Source: an uncultured Acidobacteriota bacterium (GTDB lineage: Bacteria; Acidobacteriota; Thermoanaerobaculia; Gp7-AA8). From it: a stretch of DNA of 64,000 nt. The stretch lies in assembly GCA_937870635.1 (NCBI GenBank), contig CALMZP010000084.1, positions 5,335 through 69,334 on the forward strand, given 5' to 3'. The notes beneath the pieces were generated by a model, which was not told where the DNA came from, did not search any database, and saw only the letters and a program-made list of their open reading frames with translations. Positions 8,360-17,403 of this stretch are shown in pieces (within the stretch, counting starts at the first letter, position 1; each line of letters starts with the position of its first letter). Made by a program: the position numbers and the translations under genes.

Positions 8360-9600
8360 GGGCTTGCGGGCGCGAGCGCGCGGTCGGGTTGCGCCTACGG
8401 CGCTCCTACGCGCCTGACAAAAGCCAGGGACTATTCGCGGCGGGCCGCGCTCCCCACTCTGCTTCCGAACCATCACCGATTTTCAGTGTAGACCCCCATC
8501 GAGCGCCCTTCCTGACGGTGTTCCTCTATGAGACGCTGAGAGCCGTTCTGAGCTTCGATGATCCTCTAGGTGACTGGAACCCCGTCTCTGCTTGTTCGTC
8601 CTCGCAGATCGTCTCCTAGGTGCCTTCTCGAAGGTGCCTGATGCCAGGGTGGCAGAGGGTGAGAACACGTAGCCTATTTTTTCACCCAAAAGATTTTCCC
8701 AGGACGACTTTCGGTGGGTGTGTTAGCCCCCGCCCCACACCGGGTTATCGATTGTCAGTCGAAAACTATCCGGTACCTCGAAATGGACAAGTGACAAAGG
8801 GGGTAAATAGACGCCGTTCGATTGTCAGTGTATTCATGTCGGAGAACAGTCTAAATACTCGCCCCGTTGTCACCCCAAACCCCCTTCCCGGCCGTCCCTC
8901 AATGACAAATAGGGTGACAATCGGGGGTACCTCCCGGCCGCATATCCGCCGAACCTTTTTTGTCTGTCATTGTGTGTTCGTCGGCCCCACTGATAGCAAC
9001 TAGGCAGACAATGAGGGGGAAACAATGAGGGGGATAGTTAGTAGGGGTCTAAGGGGTAGGTTCCGCATAATGGGGGCCGTTTTCATACACGGGGGAAACC
9101 GCATAGGGAAGGGGTTTCAGGGGTGGGCCTATTACTAGGGTGACATCCGGCCTACGCGCGCACGCGCACGCGCGCGAGGGCTGGCAATAGCAGGGGGTAG
9201 AACTGGCCCGGAGTTTCGGCAGGGATTCCGCCCTCCGGGAGTGCCGCCCGTGCAGGATCGCCCCGAGGCGGGAGGGGATCGCGGGCCGGGTTCGAGTCCG
9301 CCTCGGGCACCTTCCCCCGTTCGAGGGATCGAGGCCCGCCGCCCGGTGGCCGATCTCGGGGACATGGCCTCATGGACTGATGACCGCACACCGGCACCGC
9401 CGAGCTTCCGCCTGCCCCTCTCCCGCCGTCGCCGCCTCGGGACTGCCTGGCTTGTCTCCCACCTGGCCGCGTGCCCGGAGACGGCCTCTCACGGTTCCCC
9501 CTTGTCAGCCGCCGCCGAACCTGCTACGCGCGGGCCGGTACGCGGGGAGGTTCTGTCGCATCCGTCCTGACAACCTGCTACGCTCGAACCTCAACACCGC
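8360..9600. other. long non-coding region between divergent promoters; candidate genome end/cos or origin
   Basis: No credible ORFs; AT-richer core at about 8670-9135; tandem ACAATGAGGGGGA repeat at 9008-9034; clustered TGACAA sites. Confidence 0.5.
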
Positions 9601-9646
9601 GCACCGCCCCGCCGGGGCACCGCGCACTTCCCGAGGAGGGAACGTA

Positions 9647-10042
9647 ATGACTGCACAGCCCATCCGTCATTCCGCACCGGCAAACACAGAATGCGACTAC
9701 TGCGAAGATCCCGCGTCAGCGGTTTTCATTGAATCGTTGCCGATGGGTGGAACGTTCAGCTACCGCACGTGCAACGCGCACGCGGTACTTTTCACCGGAA
9801 CCGCGAATGAGCGCGCGCTAGCGGAATCGTTCATTAGCGCAACGCGGGCCGAACGGCTAGCCGGGCGCGCCTTCCGTGATCGTATGGCAGACGGTTTCGG
9901 AAATGTCATCGTCGGCGCGGATTGGTTCGGCGCAGCTATCGATGCGATGACGGAAGATCGGTTCTGTGATCTTCCGATGCCGGGAGATCCCGCGCCGTAT
10001 CGGCGCACGGCCGAACGCGTCAGGATCTACGGCCCGCGCTAG
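9647..10042 (+). CDS. hypothetical early protein (CxxC, C/H)
   Basis: GAGGAGGG RBS then ATG at 9647; CDYC and CNAH motifs; followed by a hairpin terminator; the only convincing plus-strand gene. Confidence 0.7.
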   Translation: MTAQPIRHSAPANTECDYCEDPASAVFIESLPMGGTFSYRTCNAHAVLFTGTANERALAESFISATRAERLAGRAFRDRMADGFGNVIVGADWFGAAIDAMTEDRFCDLPMPGDPAPYRRTAERVRIYGPR

Positions 10043-10067
10043 TCGCGGCTGACATACAGCTACAGCG

Positions 10068-10096
10068 AACGGCCCGCGCTATGCGGGCCGTTTTCG
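10068..10096. terminator. hairpin terminator between convergent units
   Basis: AACGGCCCGC-GCTAT-GCGGGCCGTT followed by TTCG. Confidence 0.65.
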
Positions 10097-10370
10097 TTGC
10101 CGGACGCGGGCCGTCTCGCGCGTGCGCGCGTACGGGCGCGTAGGAACCGTTCTAAGCGTCCGCACCGGCCGGGATGATGGATCACACAAGGGAGGTACCC
10201 GCAACGCGTCAGACGGCCGTAGAACGCGCCCTAGTGGCATCGGCGCGATGGGCACAGAATGCGCCTAGACGGCCGTAGGATCGATTCTCACGCGTGCGGG
10301 CCGTCCGGCCGTCCAATGCAGACGGCCCGCTTACGCGGGCCGTCAGGATCGAACCTATGCCGTCAGCTAG

Positions 10371-10628
10371 CTACAGCGCATAACCGAACGCGGTTCCACG
10401 TACCTCCGCACCGGCATACCTCGCGCCATCGCGCCAGGCGCGCGCGTACGTGCAAGCGTCACCTTTGCGCCTATCGACATGGTTTGTCATTGATTCGTCA
10501 CCGACCGTATACGGGAACGTTGCGAGGCGATGCCACGGTGCGCCATCGTTTGACACTTCCACGATGACATCGGCTGTATCTGCCGATTGCGTTTCCGATC
10601 TCAGGTAGCGGATGTCCACGTGAATCAT
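10371..10628 (-). CDS. hypothetical early protein
   Basis: ORF coupled to the upstream gene. Confidence 0.6.
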   Translation of the reverse strand: MIHVDIRYLRSETQSADTADVIVEVSNDGAPWHRLATFPYTVGDESMTNHVDRRKGDACTYARAWRDGARYAGAEVRGTAFGYAL

Positions 10629-10630
10629 TT

Positions 10631-10843
10631 TCAGTCCACCGCGCCGCTAATGGTGAACGCACGCGGGGACTTCATCCGATCCCCTGCCGGGGGAACCGAC
10701 GCGCGGTCGGCGCGGTAGCAGGTGCCGACGTTCACGCACGCGCCGACGTTCTCCCCATCGATGGGAAGCAACGCGCCGCATTCCTCGCACGCGGGGCCGG
10801 ATGAATCCAATTCGTTATGCAGGTGATCGGCCGGGTTTGTCAT
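10631..10843 (-). CDS. hypothetical zinc-ribbon protein
   Basis: AAAGGGG RBS; CEECG and CVNVGTC motifs. Confidence 0.6.
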   Translation of the reverse strand: MTNPADHLHNELDSSGPACEECGALLPIDGENVGACVNVGTCYRADRASVPPAGDRMKSPRAFTISGAVD

Positions 10844-10858
10844 TGCGTACCCCTTTCG

Positions 10859-12508
10859 TTAGACGGTTGCGGTTTCGGTTGCGATGTCATCGGCCGTGCG
10901 CACGATCTCGCGCGTGCGGTTCGGCCGCAACCGGGGGACTGTGTTACGGATCGCAATGTACCAGGATTCACGATCCCCCAAATTGCGGGTGACGTGATCG
11001 CGTGCAATGCGACGGTTGGAACCCCACCCCGTAAAGCGGTCGGGATCGTGATACATCCGGCCCCGAATGTATGTCACGCCATCCGGGGTGACTGCGACTT
11101 CGGTAGCGGTATGGGCCGTTCCGAAAATCCGCACGGTTTCCCGCGCGGCGCGGAACGGATCGGGGGTGCCGAACCCGATTTCACCCGGCCGAACCTTTCC
11201 GTTGCCGGAACCGACCGACCGACGCGCGCGACGATTCGCACGCGCGTACACGTCATCCCTTGTCAGGTTCGTTTCGACCGCGAAAATGTCACCCTGCCGG
11301 ATGACATCCTTTCCGGCCGCGATTGCGGCCGCGACCGAATCCGGCATTAGATCGCGGTACGCATCCTCTACGGTTTCCGCGCGCGAGTCGCGCGGCAATG
11401 CCGCGAGGAAATACAACGGCGCGGGTTCGTTGTAGTCGAACGAGGAAAGGAACCGATACCGCGTGCGGTACGTTTTCACCTCACGGCCGATGACGTATTC
11501 ACCCGGTCGGCGCGTGCGGTATCCAATCGCACCCCCGCTAGCGTCGGCAACCTCGCGGGAATCCGTCACGATTTCCAGCGTATCGGTACGGGGGACTTCC
11601 GCGCTGAAAAGCGAATCCCCCAACCAATGCCGATTTTCTTCCCAACGGTACACCCCGTTTTCATCGGGGGTGACGTTGGGAACGATTCGAGGAACCCGAA
11701 CCGTGACGTTTCCGTTTTCATCCCCGATGACTTCATAGGATGCCCAAACGCCAGTCCCCTCGTTTGAGTAATCCCGATCCGGGAATGTCACCCGCACCCG
11801 CGTTTCCCCTTCGATTCCATGAATCGAAAGGGACTGGATTTCACCATCGGCCGGATTCAGGTAGCGATGTCCCTTCAAGTCCACGTAGGGACGGAACCGT
11901 GATCCCCTGCCGAACCCGGCCGAATTCATCGATCCCGGCACCCCATCGCGCTTCAATGCCGCGACTGAAAACGTGCGTAGATCGTATTCCGTTCGGGTGC
12001 GCATCCAGCGCGGAACGTCATTCAGGTAGCGCGAAGATCGCTGGATGGTTTCGGATCGATCCTCCCGAACGTGAATCGGCCGGATCGTATCCATGTCCAC
12101 CCCGGCCCCTTCGAGCGCGCTAAAGGGAATGAGAATCGAATCGATCCTTTCCCCAAACCGCGCCGCGTCCCGGATGACATCCGCAACGGCCGAACGGATT
12201 TCGGATTGGTGCCGCGACGTTGCCGACCGTCCTCCGCCACCCCAACGATCCCCATTGAGAATGAAAATCGCAGGGGACTTCCGCGTTTTCGGCACGAACC
12301 GCGCTAGCGGGAAATGCCGACCGTAGGAATAGATTTGGACCGACGTTGTCAGGGGCCGAACGATCCCCGAACGTTCCCCATCGATCCAATCCCAACTAAC
12401 GCGGCCGTTGTACGGAATGACAACCTGCGCATTCCGTTCGATTTCACCTAGCGCGACATACCGCGCCCATCGGGTGATCGTTTCGTTACTGGCCACGACG
12501 CGCGCCAC
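10859..12508 (-). CDS. large hypothetical early protein (RQGD motif)
   Basis: 549-aa ORF with VIRQGDIF followed by spaced His residues (HTAT, YHD, RDH). Confidence 0.8.
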   Translation of the reverse strand: MARVVASNETITRWARYVALGEIERNAQVVIPYNGRVSWDWIDGERSGIVRPLTTSVQIYSYGRHFPLARFVPKTRKSPAIFILNGDRWGGGGRSATSRHQSEIRSAVADVIRDAARFGERIDSILIPFSALEGAGVDMDTIRPIHVREDRSETIQRSSRYLNDVPRWMRTRTEYDLRTFSVAALKRDGVPGSMNSAGFGRGSRFRPYVDLKGHRYLNPADGEIQSLSIHGIEGETRVRVTFPDRDYSNEGTGVWASYEVIGDENGNVTVRVPRIVPNVTPDENGVYRWEENRHWLGDSLFSAEVPRTDTLEIVTDSREVADASGGAIGYRTRRPGEYVIGREVKTYRTRYRFLSSFDYNEPAPLYFLAALPRDSRAETVEDAYRDLMPDSVAAAIAAGKDVIRQGDIFAVETNLTRDDVYARANRRARRSVGSGNGKVRPGEIGFGTPDPFRAARETVRIFGTAHTATEVAVTPDGVTYIRGRMYHDPDRFTGWGSNRRIARDHVTRNLGDRESWYIAIRNTVPRLRPNRTREIVRTADDIATETATV

Positions 12509-13357
12509 CCTTCACATACGGCCGACACGGGGTCGGCGCGCTCGAACGTGCCGACGCATCCCGGTTACGTCCCCGCGCTCGAACCGCGCGGGACGGTTCG
12601 TAAACGGGTGCGTTGTCAGGGTCGGATTTCCAAGCGTTGCGGTTTGTCACTTTGTACCCCCGTTCGGCCGATGATGCGACAACGGCCGGAATCCCGGCCG
12701 CTTGGATGCCCCGTTGTCGGTACGCGCGCGGAACCGCGCCCAACCATCGGGGGATTTCCGCACCTGCCCCGCGCCGATCTCGCGGGGGATGCGATGCCGG
12801 TTTGCCATTCGTCCTAACCTCCCGTTTCGAGCGCGCGACCCGTTGCCGCGCGCGGCCGGGGGATAGTAGCAGGTTTGTCAGGGACGCGCGCGAGGGGAAC
12901 CGTTCCGGGGCCGTACCTGCTACGATCCCGGCCGCGTTTGTCACTCAACCGAAAGGGGGAACGCGCCACGATCTAGGAACCGATCCGTTAGGGGGTAGCT
13001 AGACGACATGTCACCTAGCTAGACATACCGAATCACGTATAGGACTGAAAACCGGCGCGGGCGCGAGGAATCCCCGCGCCCTTTTTGCGTACCCTCATTC
13101 CGCACGTTCGGCCGGAATGGGCGCGGTCGCATTGTCACCCCTGGAAGGGAAACGGCCCCGTGCAATGACGGGGCCGATCCTACGCGGGGACTTCGAGGGG
13201 CCGTTCCCCTGCCCATTCGCACGGCCGTTCGGCGGCGTCATGAGCGGGGAATCTCCCGCCCTTTGTCAGCCGCAATAGCCGCCAACACCCAGGGCAACAT
13301 GAAAAGGCGTTCCCTGACACCGGCGACTTGCGTAAAATCTGCGGCTTTGCGGACTTC

Positions 13358-13519
13358 CTAGCCACTCGTCTTTGTCAGCTTCTTTGCTGCCACGATCTCG
13401 GTGTATCCGTACTCGTTCCTGATCTCGATTCCTCGGCTGGTCTTTCCGAGGACTGTTGCGGGCCGTCCTTCGTACTGGACTTTGTCACCCGCATTGAACC
13501 TTGGATTTCTGATCGCCAT
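13358..13519 (-). CDS. small SH3/KOW-like hypothetical protein
   Basis: Hand translation MAIRNPRFNAGDKVQYEGRPATVLGKTSRGIEIRNEYG..., 53 aa. Confidence 0.55.
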   Translation of the reverse strand: MAIRNPRFNAGDKVQYEGRPATVLGKTSRGIEIRNEYGYTEIVAAKKLTKTSG

Positions 13520-13521
13520 TG

Positions 13522-13788
13522 TCACCGCCCCTTTCGCAGTAGCTCTCGCGCCTCATTGACGGCCCCGTATTCACTCGCGGGGTGCGCTGGATCGGCGTGG
13601 ACGTGGAGGTTGTCAGTCATGAGAATCCTGGCGTCGATCTCGGCGTTCAATGTCGGCGGCGTTGTCATCCGGCGTCCTATCCGCATTGCTCGAACGGAAA
13701 CGCCGATGACAATTGCGACAAGAGCGGCGAGAATGACAACGAGGCCGAGAACGGCCCCGAGCGTTTCAGTCAGCGTCGGCTCGACCAT
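13522..13788 (-). CDS. membrane protein
   Basis: One long hydrophobic helix LGAVLGLVVILAALVAIVIGV; AGGGGG RBS. Confidence 0.65.
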   Translation of the reverse strand: MVEPTLTETLGAVLGLVVILAALVAIVIGVSVRAMRIGRRMTTPPTLNAEIDARILMTDNLHVHADPAHPASEYGAVNEARELLRKGR

Positions 13789-13856
13789 GACCCCCCTAGG
13801 GTAGCGAACGGCCCCGACGATTGCCGGGGCCGTCCACTGATCCGCGTTGTCAGGTG

Positions 13857-14660
13857 CTACCGCTTCTTGCGGCTCGCGGCCGACTTGCGCCCTGCGGCCG
13901 ACTTCTTGGCGGCGGGCTTCCGGCTCGCGCCGCTCTTGCGGCCCTGTGCGGGCTTCTGAGCGGGCTTCCGGGTCGCCCCGGCCTTCTTGCCACCCGAGGA
14001 CTTGCCGCCGCTCTTGGGCGCGCTGGACGCCTTCGAGCGGGTGGCCCCCTGGTGCTGGCCCGTGTCCTTCACGAAATCGAACTTGACGCGGGAGATGTGC
14101 CACCGCAGGAGGGTCTGCGCCTCGGCCTTCGTGCGCTTCTTCCCGTCCTCCGTCTTGGGGTACATCTTCTGCGCGTTGTCACTCAGGGCCGCGAACACCT
14201 TGTCCACGTTCCCCTTGAACTTGCGCAGCGACTTCATGATGACCTCGCGGTTGCCGCCGGACTTGCCGACGTTGCTCTCGGCCGTCCAGTCGATGCTCGC
14301 GTTGTCGATCCCGACGCGGCCCGCACCGCCAGAGGAAGGCCGCTTCGCCGTGTTGCTCTTGGCAGGTGCCTTCTTCGCGGTGGACGCGCTGGACTTCTTC
14401 GCGCTCGACTTCTTGGCGGCGGGCTTTGTCACCTTCGCGGCCGACTTGCGACCGCTCGCCGTCTTGGCCCCCGCCGACTTGCGGCCGGTGCCGTTCTTGC
14501 CGGACTTGCTCGCGGCCGTCTTGCCGCCGCTCCCGGACTTGCCCTCCGCGCGCTTGATCGCTGCGCGAAGCTCGTCCTGGCTCATGGCCTTGTAGCCCTC
14601 GATGCCGAGCTTCTTGGCCTTGGCGCGAAGCTGGATGCTCTCGTTCGCCATGTCAATCAC
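13857..14660 (-). CDS. histone H1-like basic nucleoid protein
   Basis: Lys/Ala/Ser/Gly repeats (GRKSA, AAKKS) flank a folded core; N-terminal Rho-N-like LRAKAKKLGIEGYKAMSQDEL; own strong promoter. Confidence 0.75.
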   Translation of the reverse strand: MIDMANESIQLRAKAKKLGIEGYKAMSQDELRAAIKRAEGKSGSGGKTAASKSGKNGTGRKSAGAKTASGRKSAAKVTKPAAKKSSAKKSSASTAKKAPAKSNTAKRPSSGGAGRVGIDNASIDWTAESNVGKSGGNREVIMKSLRKFKGNVDKVFAALSDNAQKMYPKTEDGKKRTKAEAQTLLRWHISRVKFDFVKDTGQHQGATRSKASSAPKSGGKSSGGKKAGATRKPAQKPAQGRKSGASRKPAAKKSAAGRKSAASRKKR

Positions 14661-14694
14661 CTTCCTTTCCGTCTCGGGCCTTCATGACAGCGAG

Positions 14695-14724
14695 AGTATA
14701 TGCACACGCTCCCGCCTTTGTCAA
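14695..14724 (-). promoter_or_regulatory. near-consensus sigmaA promoter
   Basis: TTGACA-18 nt-TATACT upstream of the histone-like gene. Confidence 0.7.
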
Positions 14725-14733
14725 ACGGTTCTT

Positions 14734-15180
14734 TCACTTGCCTGAAAGTGGCTTGGTTGCGGGCTTTTTCCGTCCTCCCTTCTTTGCCGGGATGTCACGG
14801 AACCGCGCTGAAAGCTCGGCCCCTCCCCCTTCCACGTCAATGTCAGTGATCCAGAGCTTCACCGGCTCGACCGTCCCGGCGTCCAGGCGCGGGGCAAGCA
14901 GGGACGCAAGGCCCACCCTCTCGTCCGAGTCGGGATCGAGCCGGTTGGAGATGTAGCCGAGTTGCTTTCCCGCGAGCTTTTTCAGCTTGAAGTCTCCGGC
15001 GATCATGACCTTGATCGCGTCCGGGTCAAAGCGATTGTCAGGCTCTCGTTCGAGCGTGACGGGGAAGGGGCACCACCCCGGCATCATTGCGATCACGTCC
15101 CGCTTCCACCGGAACCGCAGGCCGACGACGCTCAGGGTGACAATCCACGTCCGGCCCTTCTTCGTCGGCGTCTTTTTCAT
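14734..15180 (-). CDS. HIRAN domain protein
   Basis: VVGLRF...LEREPDNRFDPDAIKV...LGYI is the HIRAN signature. Confidence 0.8.
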   Translation of the reverse strand: MKKTPTKKGRTWIVTLSVVGLRFRWKRDVIAMMPGWCPFPVTLEREPDNRFDPDAIKVMIAGDFKLKKLAGKQLGYISNRLDPDSDERVGLASLLAPRLDAGTVEPVKLWITDIDVEGGGAELSARFRDIPAKKGGRKKPATKPLSGK

Positions 15181-15554
15181 CCCGTCACCACTTCGAGATC
15201 GTCGGCCTGGAACGTCTGCATGATCGGGCCGTCCGGGTAGTCGCCCCAGGTGATCCGCGTCACATCATACGAAGTGACAACTTCCTCGTCGCCATCGCCG
15301 TAGCGCAGCGTCACCTTGGGCGGGTACTGCACACCGCGTTGAAGCTCGTCGTCGTAGTCGGCGTCCGGCTCCGTAATGTCGGTGACAATTCCAGTGTAGG
15401 AATCCTGTTCCCCCTCGGCTGGATCACCGAACATGACGCGCGAGCCGACAACGATCTCGTCGCCCTTGTGGTCGATCACACGCCAGTCCTTTGCCGGGGA
15501 CTCGGTAACGGTCGTCTCGTCGCCAGGGTCGCAATTTGTCAGGTAGGGCAGCAT
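15177..15554 (-). CDS. hypothetical protein
   Basis: Coupled ORF. Confidence 0.6.
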   Translation of the reverse strand: MLPYLTNCDPGDETTVTESPAKDWRVIDHKGDEIVVGSRVMFGDPAEGEQDSYTGIVTDITEPDADYDDELQRGVQYPPKVTLRYGDGDEEVVTSYDVTRITWGDYPDGPIMQTFQADDLEVVTG

Positions 15555-15818
15555 CTAGTTCTGCCCCCTGTCCCACTCGTCCTGAGCATCCCGCGCAACG
15601 GAACCGGACAATTCCCGATTTCCGTAGTTGGCGTTCAGCGCCTCGACCATGAGTCCAGCATGGGGGCGCAGCGCGTAGGCGATGATCCCACCGGCGTTGT
15701 CATCCACGATGGCGACGATGGCGGGCGAACCCGGTACGAGTCCCTGGATCGCTCCCTGAATCTCGTCCAGGCGGTTGTCATCGTTCGCCGCATCCAGTAC
15801 CCAAAAGCGTTCGTCCAT
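15555..15818 (-). CDS. hypothetical protein
   Basis: AAGGAGG RBS. Confidence 0.65.
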   Translation of the reverse strand: MDERFWVLDAANDDNRLDEIQGAIQGLVPGSPAIVAIVDDNAGGIIAYALRPHAGLMVEALNANYGNRELSGSVARDAQDEWDRGQN

Positions 15819-15855
15819 GTCATACCTCCTTGGCTCGACTTCGAGTGTCCGGGCC

Positions 15856-15883
15856 AGTTTAGCAGGTTTTCAGCCTGCGTCAA
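15856..15883 (-). promoter_or_regulatory. sigmaA-like promoter with extended -10
   Basis: TTGACG-16 nt-TAAACT; spacer contains TGAAAACCTGC. Confidence 0.55.
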
Positions 15884-15884
15884 G

Positions 15885-16193
15885 CTAGGACTTGATCCAG
15901 ATACGCAGGCGTGAAAATTCCTGCTGGTTGAGCCGGATGGTTTCGAGCGACAACGGCGAGTCGAATGCGTCCGCGATCTCGGCCAGCGTTTTCAGCATCT
16001 CCTGATTCACGCTGTCCTCATCGATCCAGACCATGTGCCACACGTCATCGGTGTGACTTGCCATCTCGACTTGCAGTCGCCGGAATCCCGCCTCCATGAG
16101 CGTTGAACAAACCTCGTTTGTCACCGCCCACAGCTTTGTCAGCTTTTCGGCGCGATCCGCGAGCTTCTGCTCGGGGGTACGTGTGTCCCTCAC
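15885..16193 (-). CDS. hypothetical protein
   Basis: Coupled ORF. Confidence 0.6.
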   Translation of the reverse strand: MRDTRTPEQKLADRAEKLTKLWAVTNEVCSTLMEAGFRRLQVEMASHTDDVWHMVWIDEDSVNQEMLKTLAEIADAFDSPLSLETIRLNQQEFSRLRIWIKS

Positions 16194-16372
16194 GGCTGGA
16201 TCGCCATTCCGATGATTTCAGCGTTGCCGCCGATTGCTTCACGCACGCGCTCGATGTCCCACGCCTTCAACCCAAAGCTGCTGATTTCAGCCGGAACGGT
16301 GTCGAGATCGATCCACTCCACGTCACCCTGCGGCGGACGCTGAACGATCACGCTGATTGTCGCCATTGTCAT
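16190..16372 (-). CDS. hypothetical protein
   Basis: Coupled ORF with GGAGG RBS. Confidence 0.55.
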   Translation of the reverse strand: MTMATISVIVQRPPQGDVEWIDLDTVPAEISSFGLKAWDIERVREAIGGNAEIIGMAIQP

Positions 16373-16671
16373 CCTCCATTCTTCCGGGGTCGCCCCGGAC
16401 GTAGCGTTGACAAAATCTGCTCGATCTCCCTGACACGGCCAGGCGAATAAAGCCTGACAGTGATCTTCCCGATGCGGTGTCGCGCAGGCTCGGGAATCGT
16501 GCCTCGGCGTTCGAGCTTGCGCAGCCAGGACTCGTCCTTGTTGACCCTGACTGACAATTCTCCGAGCGTCAAGTAGTCCGCGAACTTCGGCGGCTTCAGA
16601 TGCTCGACCTTGATCGGCTTCGGTTCACGCAGGACAGGCCCGCGTCTTTTTGTCACTGTCTTGCGCGCCAC
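16369..16671 (-). CDS. MerR-type HTH DNA-binding protein
   Basis: LTLGELSVRVNKDESWLRKLERRGTIPEPAR...RLYS. Confidence 0.75.
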   Translation of the reverse strand: MARKTVTKRRGPVLREPKPIKVEHLKPPKFADYLTLGELSVRVNKDESWLRKLERRGTIPEPARHRIGKITVRLYSPGRVREIEQILSTLRPGRPRKNGG

Positions 16672-16841
16672 CTAGCTCCCTCTCATGAGCCGAACCGTGT
16701 TCAGTAGCTCGCGCTCGAACGGCCCTGCGGTGCCCCGCTCGATGTCGCGTTCGAGTAGGCGTTGCAGATACAGAAGCCCCCTCGGCGTGAAGGTGATCGC
16801 GCGGTCATTCAGCCATGCCCTGACAACGTGCAGGATTCCCC

Positions 16842-17399
16842 TCACGGCTTGCCCCGCTTCTTCGGCTTGGGCGCACGGGCGGCGTCCGAACGTGACAACT
16901 CCTCACGCAGCGCAGCTTCCTCGGCGCGAGCGTCGTCGGCCGTCTGCCCCTCCTTGTACGGGTACCGTTGGATGTGCGGCTTCACCGGCGTCTGTTCCAG
17001 CGCCTTCTCGATCTGCTCGGGCTTGATCGTTCCCTTCCTGACAAGGTCATCGATCTTGCCTGGATCGACCACCAGCTTTGTCACCTTCAGAAGCATGTTC
17101 TTCGGCAGCGCCGCCTTCAGCTTGTCGATGTTCCAAGTCGTGTTCCAGCGCCGGATCGCCGTGATCTTGTACGTGTCCCTGAAAATGTGCTTGATGTCGT
17201 TCTCGACCATGAACACACGAACGGCCTCGTTCAACTCCCTGACCTCATCACGCATTGTCAGGTAGTCGTATTCCTCCTCCATCGCCTGCTCGACCTCGCG
17301 CATCGTTTCCTCGCGCTCCTCGATCAACGCCACGGCCTTTTCAAGATCGGCGGCGGCGGTGATCGTCCACGTCCCATCCTTGTTCTGTTTCAGCGCCAT
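16842..17399 (-). CDS. hypothetical coiled-coil protein
   Basis: AGGAGG RBS; 185-aa ORF. Confidence 0.7.
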   Translation of the reverse strand: MALKQNKDGTWTITAAADLEKAVALIEEREETMREVEQAMEEEYDYLTMRDEVRELNEAVRVFMVENDIKHIFRDTYKITAIRRWNTTWNIDKLKAALPKNMLLKVTKLVVDPGKIDDLVRKGTIKPEQIEKALEQTPVKPHIQRYPYKEGQTADDARAEEAALREELSRSDAARAPKPKKRGKP

Positions 17400-17403
17400 G
17401 TTC

